Source: Moniliella sp. 'wahieum' (taxonomy: Eukaryota). From it: a stretch of DNA of 64,000 bases. Numbering within the stretch: the first letter of the stretch is position 1; each line of letters starts with the position of its first letter. Below are positions 37,086-48,749 of this stretch, one piece after another. The notes below the pieces were generated by a model, which saw only the letters and a list, made by a program, of their open reading frames with translations, made no database searches and was not told where the DNA came from. Location: the NCBI GenBank assembly GCA_003971905.1, contig RSEE01000069.1, forward strand, positions 1 to 64,000, read 5' to 3'. The position numbers and the translations under genes were made by a program.

Positions 37086-38715
37086 TCAACTGGCCACTTG
37101 CTCAAAGTGAGAGAAGCGGCTGTGCTGGCGGATGCGAGGTCCAAAGTAGTAAAACACAAATGGCAAGGGCAAGGCGAGCATGTTGAGCGCAAAGAGGAAT
37201 AGGGAAGCGCCAATGTCGCCCATGCGATGTACATTTGCACGCCAAACAAGACAAAGCCACAGGCGACCGCACAACGTACCAAGGCATTGCCCGAATGGCG
37301 CTGGCCGTGTAGGTCCGGTAACGTCTCGAGCAAACGTAAACACAGACGTGTAGATTAACACAAACCCAAACCCATACGGTGCCACCAAGATGAGCGGCAC
37401 GATCCAGTGCACGCTATGGAAGAGGGTGAGGGCGTAGAGGAAGAGACCAAGCGGACAGGCAATCGCACCCATCATAGCCGGTAACAACCGTTCTTCCGGA
37501 GGTGGCTTTCCATCGTACTTGGCCTTGGCCCTGCGGCGATAGAGGTGGGCCCAATACGGGATGGTGAACATGGCAATGATCATGCCGACCAAGATACCGA
37601 CAAAGGTCAGACCTGTGCTCCAGGGCTTAAAGCCGCGCTTGGAAAAGACGACGCTCGAGGAGACAAACCACAGGTACAAGACGGACAGGACCAGTGCCGA
37701 CCAAAAGCAGAGAGCAAGGTGCATTGGTTCGTACCACAACAGAAGCGGTACGCGCGAGAGGAAGGTCATGAGCGTACGCGATTTGGACTTGTTGCGTGTT
37801 TCCAAGTCGTACTGTGACTTCCAACGCGGGTCACCCGTCTCTTTGCGCAAGCGTGCGGCGCGGTGCGCAAGAATTCTAGGGTGGTACGTCTCTGGGGAGA
37901 AAAAGTAGAGGATCCACCGAGGAGGAAGGACCAGATAATGTTGGCATAGTAGCTCCAATTCAACTTGCCTGTAGCCGACACGACGAATCCGCTGTAGATG
38001 GGGCCCAGGGCCGGACCACAAAAGGGGGCGGACCCAATGGACAGGCCAATGGGGGCCATCAGATGCATGTTGTCGTACATGTCAGTCACAGTGCCCGCAG
38101 CGATGGACAAAAAGGAGGAGCCAGCCGCGGAAGAGAGGAAGCGAAAGATGAAGAAGACAGCAGGGTTGTTGGCAAATGCGACGGGAAATTGGAGAAGAAA
38201 GAAGACGGCAAAGGAGATGAGGTAGATGGGCCTTCTGCCATAAAATTCGGAAAAGGGACCGAGCAAACAAGGTCCAACCGCAAGGCCAAGAACGTAAAGT
38301 GCTACAGACAGCCGCGAGACCTCGAGACCCACATGAAACTTCTTGGCAATGACTGGGTAGCCACTGGAACAAATTGAGCTCGTTGCCGTGACACAGAGAC
38401 AACAGAGGTAGTTGATGGCGACGATGAGATGTCTTCGATGGCCAAATGTCATGGGGTTTTCCGGGTCGTCCAAAGGTTTTGGCTCACCTGCTTGGCGTCA
38501 TCTTGCGGCCCATGGACGTTCCACGTGACAAACTTGTAGTCGTCTGGCTTTTCGGGGGAAGCATCAGGGTTGGTCGCGAAGGAGGTGGGATCGGGCGAAG
38601 AAAGAGAGGCGGCTTTCGGCGCGGGGAGAGCGGTAGCAGGCGCCTTCTCCACGTCAAGCGGGGTCGCAAGACTTTCAGGTGGTGAGGAACTGTTGGGTGT
38701 GGTGTTGGCCGTCAT
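37086..38715 (-). CDS. MFS drug:H+ antiporter (DHA1 family, 12 TM)
   Basis: DDPENPMTF, LYVLGLAVGPCLLGPFSEFYGRRPIY (MFS motif A), IFRFLSSAAGS, GTVTDMY, GPALGPIYSGF, PETY, PPEERLLPAMMGA, FYYFGPRIRQHSRF. Confidence 0.93.
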
Positions 38716-40532
38716 AAGAATGGAGTCGGCTGGAGGAGGTAGGGGGAGGGGAGGGTGCAGTTAGAGGCAAGTTTTGGCGAAAGGGATAAAGGAAAGATGG
38801 GAGGATGTGGTGGAATAGTAGCGAGGACTGCGGAGGCGCGGGCAGCTATAGAAGAAAGGGTTGCGTCTGTTGGTTGGCCCATAGGGTTTTATACAGCGCA
38901 CTACTCTCCATGGGGTACTTACTATCTATGCTGTGTGGAAGGATGACCGGTGACCGGGCATCACCGAGGCTTTCGGGGGAAAACGGACAGGCGGATACCT
39001 ATGGGTGGATCTGGGGTTGGATGGGCGCACAAGGAGATGGGTGACAATCGAGCTGTTGGTCAGAGCTGGACGCTGGACAGAGCCCACTTGCCGGCAAGCG
39101 GTTGCCGGGTGTTTTGATTTTGCGAGGAACCCCAGGGAACACCTGAGGATCGAGTACCCGTGCGTACTGAGTGCACGGATGGCTGTGTCGGCGTCTGATC
39201 GATGATGCGTGCATGGTGGAAACGAGCACCTTGCGACGAGGGAGATGTGCAAGGGCAGGATTGTGCGCTGACATTCAATGGGTATTTCAACGCATGGACA
39301 GGTCATCGCCGCGGGGGAAGGGGCGGGGGGAGACTGGGAGGGCGGCGTGGGCGAACTGCTGTGTGAGTGAACGGGCGAGGCGAGGCAGGAACGGAAGGCA
39401 AAGTGAACTGGAGCCGACGGCCAAGCTGAGACGGGGGGGCAGCAAGTGCGCCAACTATTGGACGGCTGCTGTCCTATGTATACTCCAACGCGCACTTGTT
39501 CGATCATGCACTGGCTCATGGATCATGCACATGGACCAGGCCCCAGATCAGGCTCGATCAGGCCACAGGTCGGGAGTAGCAGGCGGAGGTACTGCCGCTC
39601 CAGGCTGCTCCCAATACAGACAGGATAGTGGACTGCACTAAGTACTAAGTACAAGCACCAAGTCCTGCCGGCTAAACCCAGCCCAGAACAATCGCCGTGG
39701 CTTGGCTCCTGCCACATCGCCGACAAAACCGAAGCGTGAGGATCCTTGTGTTGCCGGCGGGCGCGGGGCCCCGCTATGACATGGGCTACCTGCCGCCTGC
39801 CATTAGCATTAGCCACGCCACCGTCACCACTCACGTCGAACCACCTGCGAACTCACCGACTGCCCATCGCCTGCGACATGTTGGCCCAGCACGCGGCCAG
39901 TGTGGGCAGCGCACGTGAGATCGATGGGAGCTGGCGGACATACCGGGGGTAAGTGCTATGGGCTACTGGGGCCTGGGGGTTCTCTGTTGGTACGTTGCTA
40001 TTATGCCCCCAAAGTTTCAAGGTCACGTGCCAAGGTGTCAGGCTCCCGCCGCTGGAAGAGATCCATCATCGATGAGTATCATCTTTCCTCTCACATCTCC
40101 CTGCATGTCCCTCACGCAATTCAAGAACCAGCGGAGGACAATTCAGAACTACCCCGTCCAAAACTTCATATCCCAAGTGTCAAGTCGCAAGGTCAAGGAT
40201 ATAGTTTATTCTTCCTTTCGACCAACATTCATACCATGCCGACCTCGCATCTCGCTGGGGTGACGAGACCGTGTGGACCAAGAGCCAAATAGATTCCAAC
40301 GCTACGAATCGCCATGACGTGGATCGAGCAGACCCAAGTCCATATGCATTTTGGGGAGGAGGCATCGAGAAGGACAGCCCTCCTCGTGAAACCAAAAGGG
40401 GGCACAGCAGCGTACCAAGTGGGCAACCAAAAGACTGCACGAGAGCGAATCGTCTGTGACCGGTCGGTCCAAATGGGCCCAAATAAGCCCACCCAATGAG
40501 TCGCGGCCGGTACAATAGTCCTGTGCGCTTGC

Positions 40533-40975
40533 TCACAGACGACGACCGCGGCGACCGCCCTTCCTGCGGGTCGAGTCGTGGGGACGGGGGTCACGTCCTC
40601 AATGCGCCAATGCGCATGCCCGAGCGGGCGAGCGCACGAAGGGCCGACTGGCACCAGGGCCAGGGGACTTGGTGCCCGTGCCACCGGTAGCACGGAGCTT
40701 AATGTGCAGAGCGGTGATGCCCACTTCCTTGCAACCGCGCCGCGACGTCCTGAGCAGCCAACATGGCCGCATACGGCGACGACTCGTCGCGGTCCGCCTT
40801 GACCTTCATGCCTCCCGTCACGCGGCTGATGGTTTCCTTGCCCGACAAGTCAGTGACGTGGATGAACGAGTCGTTGTACGAGGCAAAGATGTGGGCCGTG
40901 CCAAACACCAATTCCCCATCGCCCACTTGCGGGCGAGGGCCACAGCGGGGGCAGCAGTGCGAGTCTTGGGGGCAT
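40533..40975 (-). CDS. RPS14: 40S ribosomal protein S14 (uS11)
   Basis: [94 protein letters not shown], allowing several single-base indels. Confidence 0.97.
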
Positions 40976-40982
40976 TTTGTAA

Positions 40983-41261
40983 CTGCAACCAACCATCCTG
41001 GGTTAGTCACCATAATCAAAACGGAAAAATGGCTCCAAGGCAACCGGACAACTGGGGGAGAGGAGGAGGCAAGGGGAAGAACCGAGTCCTGTCCATCGAC
41101 CGCCATTGGACAGGCATGCGGGACTACGCGACCCCATCCCCATTCGTCCAAGATGGGGGGAGGGGGGGGGGGGGCACCGAACAAACATGCACAACTCTCC
41201 TCGTCCGCTCCGAGCTGCTTAACCCGAGGCCAAGGGGGGGGGGGATCGAGCGGGGACCTAC
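40983..41261 (-). other. Predicted 5'-UTR intron of RPS14
   Basis: AAG|GTAGGT donor at 41261, GACTAAC branch point at 41008-41002, and GCAG acceptor at 40983, 7 nt before the ATG. Confidence 0.7.
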
Positions 41262-41570
41262 CTTGAATCGGACGATACCGTGTGGATGGGTGAAGAACGT
41301 GAAGGCGCGGCAATCGCGTGCACTGCTTCCTGCCATCCTTGCCATCTGTTGGGCTGCGGCGGCAGAGCGGATGGGTTTTATTAGGGTTGTCCGCCGCAGT
41401 GATACAAAAGTAGGGTTGCCGAATGGCTGGGCAAAAGAGAATGGATGGTGGATGATCGAGATGATCGATGATGTAAGTTTCAACGTTCAACGTTCAACGT
41501 TCAACGCCAGCGCCGGCGAAACTGGTGCGTGAGGGGGGGGACAACCAAACTGGCGATCAACCCAAAAAAT

Positions 41571-41659
41571 TGGACGGCGAGGGGTTTGAACCCCCGGCCT
41601 TCTACAATGGAATCCACAGCAGATGCAAAGCAGACGCTCTACCACTGAGCTAGCCGCCC
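41571..41659 (-). tRNA. tRNA-Ala(TGC) with a ~17-nt intron
   Basis: GGGCGGC-TA-GCTCAGTGGTAGAGC-G-TCTGC-TT-TGC-A[intron]T-GTAGA..GGGGG-TTCAAAC-CCCTC-GCCGTCC-A. It has the G3:U70 Ala identity pair and a downstream T-run. Confidence 0.95.
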
Positions 41660-41844
41660 TCGGTGATGTGGCCGTAACATAGCCCACTCATAGTCAGCGC
41701 CTCCCATCGACCAGCTCGCTGCCCCCACGCGCGTTGGCTTCGCCCAGTCGAGTGCCACAGCAAGCGACGCGTTGCGGCGACCACACCACCTGCCTGCGAT
41801 CTCCTCCCGACACACATCTGTTCGCGTCGCATTGCACCGCCAGG

Positions 41845-44800
41845 ATGCGTGGCTGGAACGCGCCTGGCCGTCCCTCTTTCCTCCGCCCCAGTGCGCAGCC
41901 CAGCAGCAGCCCGCTGGATGCGCCCGACGCCTCCTCCGCCTCCCACGCTGCCTCGCGCTCCCAGTCGACCGCCGTGCTGCCCAGCGTCGCCGTCGACCGC
42001 GCTGCTTTGCGCGCATCACTCCCGACCAGATCCACTTCTTGACCAGTGCATCGCACGTCTCCCCGCCCACGCCGTCGAGCTGCCCGCGATGAAGCAGGCG
42101 TATGCGCTCCAGTGCGCCTCTCCCCCATTGGCAGAGACGAGGACGCGGCGCTCTGGGACATCATGCTCCGCCTCTTTGGCGTCCGCGGTGCCTGGGCTGC
42201 CAAGTGGGCCGCTGTCCGTTTATCCCTCGGCCTCGACGGATCGGACGATGATCTGTCCTCTTCCGATGGCGGCTACGACCAGGACCAGGACCCGGCCGCG
42301 TCCACCTCCGCCCTAGCGGCAGCAGCTCCACCTCAGTCCGGACCTCCCGTCCTGCCCCGCACAGTCCAGCCTCGCCGCGCACGCCACGCAGCAGCACGCT
42401 GCGTTCCTTCTTTCCCCTCAGCAGGGGCACGAGCGCTGCGGCCGCTGGACCGGTACCCCCGCCCCGCCCACACTCACGCGAAGCCAACCGCGAACGACAT
42501 TACCAGCCGACGAGGCGCACTGTCTGCGTCGGAAGAGTCCGAGGGTCAGCCTCCTCCTCGGACCGCACCACCCTTGACCTCCCCTCGGCGTGGGAGGTTC
42601 CTTCGGACGGGGAAGTTTCCCGCCAAGCTACGCCGGTTGCTGCTACCCACGTGCATTTTGCCCATACCTCAACGCCGATCGGTGCTGCTCGAAACGCCCC
42701 CTGTGGTGCTTCTCATTCCCGCGTTTCCCCTCCCTCACTCTCCTTGTCCTTCCGCCACGGCCATCTCAGCGGTTCTACTACCCTTCCCCTCCCGCCGCGC
42801 GAGGTACCGACCGACTTGCCGCCCCACTTTCCCAAACCTCTTTTGCGCAGGCTTCTTCCCTCGCTTCCTTTGCACCTCTTTCCTCCGAAAAGGGCGGATG
42901 GAGAGAACGCGTACGCCAGCGACGTGCCGACAAGGAGGTGCGTCACCTTCCCCTTCTCCCTCTGGGACGGGGGTGCGGACGGGGGGGGAACAGGGACAGG
43001 GACAGGGACAGGGACAGGGTCATCAACGTCCTTACCAGTGGGACCGTACCCGTATGTCCCTCAAGCGCGCCCGTCCATACCGACTGTCCTGCCGGGTTCT
43101 CCCTCTCGATCCGACCGAAGCGGGCAGCCCGCGCGGCCTCGTACGACCCCCCGCGCTGCGCCACCGGGCAAGTAGGCGCGCACTACTCGAGTGTACTTGC
43201 TGCTTCGCGGCAAGAGCGACGGGCGCAACAGGCTGCCTCCTCGGCTCGTCTTGAGCTCGAGCAAGAGGAGCAGGAGCAAGTGCTATATGCGAAGCGGAGA
43301 CAGTGGATCGTCAACGGCTGTTGACGTTGGCATGGGCTCTGTGGACGGCGCGGCTGCATACGCACCGCCAACGTCTTCTGCGTGTGGCCCACGTAGAGGA
43401 CCTGCGTCTGATACGCACCTACTTGCAGCGCTGGCGCGCACAGTACGGCCGTCGCACAGCTTTCTTCCTCGGCCCTGCGTTGGGACCACATGCGTCCGCT
43501 GCGGGGTGCATGGCGCACTTGGCTCACTAGGCTTCGTACGCGACGTCAGTGGGCGCGCGATGCACGTTCTCGGCTACTTCGTGCCGCCTCGTCAACCGTG
43601 TCGGAGCAACATGCGGCGAGACTGGTACAGAACACGTACCGCCACTGGCGACACACGTTCCTTTCCTCGCGTGCCAAGCGGTTCCGCGATGCGCATCTAC
43701 TTGGGGGCCGTGGCTCTATGGCGCCTCAATACGGTCCAGCGCAGCACTTCCCAGACCTTGATCGCTGAGGCGGATAAAATGTGGCGCAACGGCGTACTGC
43801 TACGAGCGTTTGACGCGTGGTACACGGCCGCGGCGTTGCGTCCGCTTGAAATCCATGTTCGGGACCAACACCAGCACTCTCTTCTCCGCGCAACATGGGA
43901 GCGATGGCGAACCAACGCGTATGTGCTCTCCCCCTCCCCACCTCGTCCCTTCTTGCCCTCTGTACCTGTGAACTAAGCAAACTGACCCCGCGCGCCGTGT
44001 TATGAAGGAGATTGGCTACGCTGGAACACATGTGGGTGCCACTACGATTGCAATCCTGGGCTCTGCAGCGGTGGAAAGATGCGCTGGGGAGGGTACGTGA
44101 GCGGCGCAAGCTTCTGCTCAAAGCGATCGGCGACGCGCACGTCAAGTCGTCTCGAACGTTATGGTACGGTGGCGAAAACGTTTGGCCGATGTGCGTGGTC
44201 TGGCGCAGCGCCTGCCCGAAGCACAGGCCAAGCGCGACAGACGCCTGTTGCAGCATGCCCTGCACACGTGGCGCTCGCAGTACCGAACGGGGTTGTACGA
44301 GCAAACGTTGGAGGGACGAATGCAAGCCAAGGTGCTACAAGCGTGGCGAGACCGTTTGCACGCCAAGCAAGCGCACGATGAGCAACGCGTCCAGTTTCTT
44401 TCGCCAACGGTCCCAGGCCGTCCTGGCCCACTTCCTAGCCCGTTGGCGCGGCCGACTACGTCGTATCCAGGCAGAAGCCCAGGCTGTCCGACTGGAAGAA
44501 GAGCACGGGTTGATGCGGCAGGTGCTACAACAGTGGCGTTTGCGTTTGCGTTTGCATAAGCAATGGACCAAGAGTGCCGAACGAATTGACCGTATCCTAC
44601 TCGTGCGCACGATGCTACGACGGTGGCAGACTCGTCTTCGCGAGGTGCGTATGGAGGGGTTTTGACCCAGTGCGGCGCACGGAGGTTACGGCGCACGTTT
44701 GCAGCGTGGAAGGGTAAGACGACGATGCGACTGTACCACCGTGCGGTTGTTCAGTACCTCGAGTTGAAGCGGGACGAAAATACGATGCGGCAAGCGCTCC

Positions 44801-45538
44801 TGGGCTGGGTGGAGCGCAGTGTGGCAGTGCGTGGGCTGGGTTGGATGCCAAGGAAGGGTACGAGGAGCAGTTGATGAAGCGTGCGTGGGGTGTTGGCGCA
44901 CGCAGTTCGCGTTGCACCAACGACGTCAGGCGCTGCTGCGCGTGCTGGAACAGACGCGCAACAAGCGCCTGCTGCGTCGTGCCTTGGCTACGTGGGTGGA
45001 ACGAGCGATCGAGCAACAAACGTGCAAGCAACTTCGTGCGCAGCAAGACCAGCGCCTACTCGCCCGAACAATGGAGCACTGGTACGACCAAGCGCGAGAG
45101 GCGTCGTTGCGGGAGGTGGAGTACGAGGTGTTACTGCGCCACGGCCGTGGGGTACTAGGATCGACGTGGGCGGTATGGCAAGCACAGGTGCCTGCCGTGG
45201 AAGCGATCCGGATGTGGCATGAGCGGGTGGTAGCCACGGCGTTCGAGCGGTGGCAGGAGCAGCTACCGCTTGCGCGCGCGCGTAACCAAGCGCTCGACTG
45301 GGACCGGACCAGGTTGGTGGGCGACAGTTTCGATATTTGGCGGCACCGCGCCAAACAACGCGCTACGTTCCGTGCTGCCGCACGGTTTGGCGGTAGCTCG
45401 GCGCTGCGCTTGCGTACCCTCTCGGCGCGCATGCGTCCCCCTTCCTCGCGATTCGTCAAGGTGCGCCGTGAAGAGGCGCCTGAGGCGCCGCTGCTCCATG
45501 GCCCCTCGTTGTTGGGTAGGCGGCGCGGACGTAGGTGA
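41845..45538 (+). CDS. SFI1: Sfi1 spindle-pole-body centrin-binding repeat protein
   Basis: N-terminal LWDIMLRLFGVRGAWAAKWAAVR segment, then many Arg/Leu-rich repeats with periodic Trp (RAFDAWY, RATWERWR, ALQRWKDAL, ALHTWRSQY, VLQQWRLRL, ALATWVER, AFERWQEQ, SFDIWRHR). Intron begins near 43919. Many frameshifts. Confidence 0.82.
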
Positions 45539-46043
45539 GTGCTCGGCACCCCGGCGGGGCAGACAGAGGCAGTCCCGTCCGTCTAAGCCCACCACGCAAG
45601 TGGGGAAGAGAGGAGGAAGAGCGGACGTTGCCTTCCATTGCATTGCTTGTTTGCTCGTGCTGAGATCGAGTTGGGCCATAGCTACCTATGTGGACAAAAA
45701 GGATAGCTGCGATAGTCATCATTCGTTGTACTACAAGTGCATTGCTCAAAGCTTCCATGTCTGCCACGCCCGTCCCACCTCATTCGGACCCACTCTCGGT
45801 ACATCCGGCTGGAACCCCCATGGAAGGAACCCGACGTTCCCGGCCAGTCAGCGACGCGGTCAGCATCCCTACTTGGGTGCGCGTCAGCTCCCGCCCCTCC
45901 CCGCAGCTTTCTCTCTCTGTCCTCCTACCGCAGGGAAAGCGAACCTGGAGAGGAGGGGGTGATGATGGCGTTTTCGTTTGTCCTGTCTGCGCCTCGAGTG
46001 AACCACCGATTCAGTGTATTTTTTAGTAATTAACCCAAAGAGC

Positions 46044-47333
46044 CTAGTCGTAGTTCAATTGGCGCCGACGCGGGGGTTCGTACCCCGGCGAGCGGGAGCG
46101 TTTGCGGTAGCCGCGATGGTCCGAACGATAATCCGAGCGGTAATCCCGCTCTCGCGTCTCGCGTCGATCGCGGGAATATTCCCGATCGTAGCTCTCGCCC
46201 GCGCCATAATGCAAAGGTTGTTCGTACTCGGGCGGAGGACGGGACGAGGGTAACGAGGAGGATAGCCTCCTCCTCGGTCCCATCCTCGGTCGCGTTCACG
46301 TTCGCGTTCGCGCTCGCGCTCGCGGTCACCGCGATCGCGAGGAGGGTAGCTGCTTGTAGAGTCGGGGCGACTGGGTCGGTCGTAAGGTCTCGAGCTTCGT
46401 TCGGGTGCGCCGGCGGGAGGAGGTGCGACGGGCCGTGGGGTCGGTTCGATGGGAGGCAAAGGATCGTTTTTAAACTCTTTGATGAGTTCGCGGAGTTTGT
46501 GGTACCCCATGTGCATCTTTCCCGAAAAGTGGTCGGCCAAACGCCGGTCCGAATCCAAGACGGAGAGGTAGGCACCACACACATCGCATACTTGAAGTTT
46601 TTGCAGACCGCTCGACCCGGCGCTGGCAGACATCTTGTGGAGTTCGGCCTGACGTTCAGCCAACTCCTCCTTGAGTGCGTCGGCCTTGGTCAGCTCACTC
46701 AAACTCTCTTCGACCATGCCTGATTCACCCAGACGCTCCACCTCTTGCATCGAGGCGGCATGGGCCTGTTCCAGCTCCTTGACTTCCAGCGTCAGCGCCG
46801 CGAGCTTCTGGCTCTCCTCGGGCGTCACGTCGAGTCGACGTCGGTTGGCAGCAATCTTACGATCGACGTCGGCCATAAAATGAGAAATGTTGCGGCGGTA
46901 CTCGGCCTCAATGGCGGGGTAGCGCTGGCCACTAGCCACGGCCGCCTTGTACTCCTCTTGCAGTCGCGGCGAATGGGACTTGGGACAGGGACCAAGATCG
47001 GCTTTCTGCATGCAGCGCGGACAGTTCCAGTGGGTCAGTATCATCGGCACGGTCAACACAGGGGAGTGGGCCCTGCCCCCGTCGGGAGGCCAGGCAGGGA
47101 GGGGGGGACGCACGGTGTTGGAGAAGAAGTCGTGTGGGCATGCGCCACACAAGAAGTTGCGGCAGACCTGGTCGTCGGTGAACTTGAGTTCGACGGTGGC
47201 GGTGCCGAGGGCTGGGAGGGGAGACGCAGAGGTCAGCAGCAGTCAATCGCACGGCGGTTCGCAGGGAAGAACGTACCCTCGGGCCCATCAGACGCTCGAG
47301 CGCCATGCGCTGGATCTCCGCCTTGCGACCCAT
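46044..47333 (-). CDS. LUC7: U1 snRNP-associated splicing factor Luc7, 2 introns
   Basis: MGRKAEIQRMALERLMG, ZnF1 VCRNFLCGACPHDFFSNT/KADLGPCPKSH, ZnF2 QKLQVCDVCGAYLSVLDSDRRLADHFSGKMHMGY, and an RD/RE/RS-rich tail. Introns ~47212-47276 and 47006-47113. Confidence 0.96.
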
Positions 47334-47585
47334 GGTGGTGGTGGTGGGGTTCTTAGCCATTTCTGGGCTGCATGCCCAGGACGGGACGGGCGGCGCTTAC
47401 CTAACCCAGGATCAAACTTTCAGGCCCAGCCGTCGGGGCGACCAGCGATTCCGCCTGGGCGAGGAGCGCGTGCATTCCGCCGGTCTTCTCCGCTCAGCCG
47501 CCGTCTTCTCCGCGCGAAGCAGCGTCGTGGCAGCCGCTCGACGCCCCTCTCGCGCTCCTCGGCCACCGCCACCGCCACGCCTCCG

Positions 47586-48576
47586 ATGCTCGTCGTCCGC
47601 ACCGGTGCGTGCGCCGTCGCCACCGCTGCGCCCCGTGCGCTGCGGGCATGGCGACCAGCGCGTGTCTGCGTACCCCCAAGCACGACCCCTCCTCCACCCT
47701 CGCCCACGACTACAAGATCCACCACCCCATCGGCAGCTGCCGCCGCTGCCTACGCTCGAGCCCCCGCGCATGCAGGCCAGCGAGGCCGTCGGCAACATCC
47801 TCTACAACACGCCCGCTCCCAGCAGCGAGCCTCTGAAGCGGCATACGCTTACTGCGCTTGTGCAGGACGAGCCTGGAGTGCTGTCTCGCGTGGCTGGCAC
47901 CCTTGCCGCGCGTGGGTTCAACATTGACTCGCTTGTTGTCTGTTCCACCGAGGTGCCGGACCTGTCACGGATGTGTATCGTGCTCAAGGGCCAAGATGCG
48001 GTAGTGGAACAAGCGCGACGGCAACTGGAGGACTTGGTGCCCGTCTGGGCCGTGCTCGATTACCACGCGTACCCGTACCATTGAGCGCGAACTGTTCCTT
48101 GCCAAGGTCAGTCTCTTGGGGCCGGAGTACTTTCAGCAGCAGGTGCGGCAAGCTGCCGCGCAAGGTTTACCGACCGCCGCGTCGGTCGCAGACGCCACTG
48201 AGGAACCCAAGTTGCCGCCGGACGTGCAAGCTGAGCGTATTCCTGTGCCCGCCCGCCCGCCGGGCCCGCCGCCTGGGATCCGTCTGAGCCCCACGACGCC
48301 CTGCGGATCAAAGGAGAACATTTGCGTCACATTATTGCTTTGGCAGAACAGTTCCAAGGCCGTGTGGTGGACGTGAGCACCGAGTCGGTCATTGTCGAGG
48401 TGAGCGGCAAGTCGAGTCGGTGTGAGGCGCTACTCAAGCTGCTCCGTCCGTTTGGAATCATTGAGTGTGCCCGTTCGGGTACCATGGTGCTGCCGCGCGC
48501 CAAGATGGAGGAGGAGCAGGACGAAAAGGTAGCCGAGCAGGTGCACGTTGATGCCAGCCTGCTGCCACCCGGGTAA
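47586..48576 (+). CDS. ILV6: Acetolactate synthase regulatory (small) subunit with a mitochondrial-type leader
   Basis: ACT domain HTLTALVQDEPGVLSRVAGTLAARGFNIDSLVVCSTEVPDLSRMCIVL..QARRQLEDLVPVWAVLDY, then FQGRVVDVS..LLRPFGIIECARSG and terminal SLLPPG*. Confidence 0.96.
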
Positions 48577-48749
48577 AGGGTGCTTTGTGTTGTTGTCGTG
48601 TTGCCAACCAGGGCATTTCATGGTTTGGCCTAGGGTGGGCCGGTGTCGGTGTCGTGAATTGCATCCCGTCCAAAGCGCATTGTCGCTGCCCAGGACGCAG
48701 CGGAGGAGTATAGATAGGATGGCCGATGGATTCGCCCCGTAGTGGAAAC

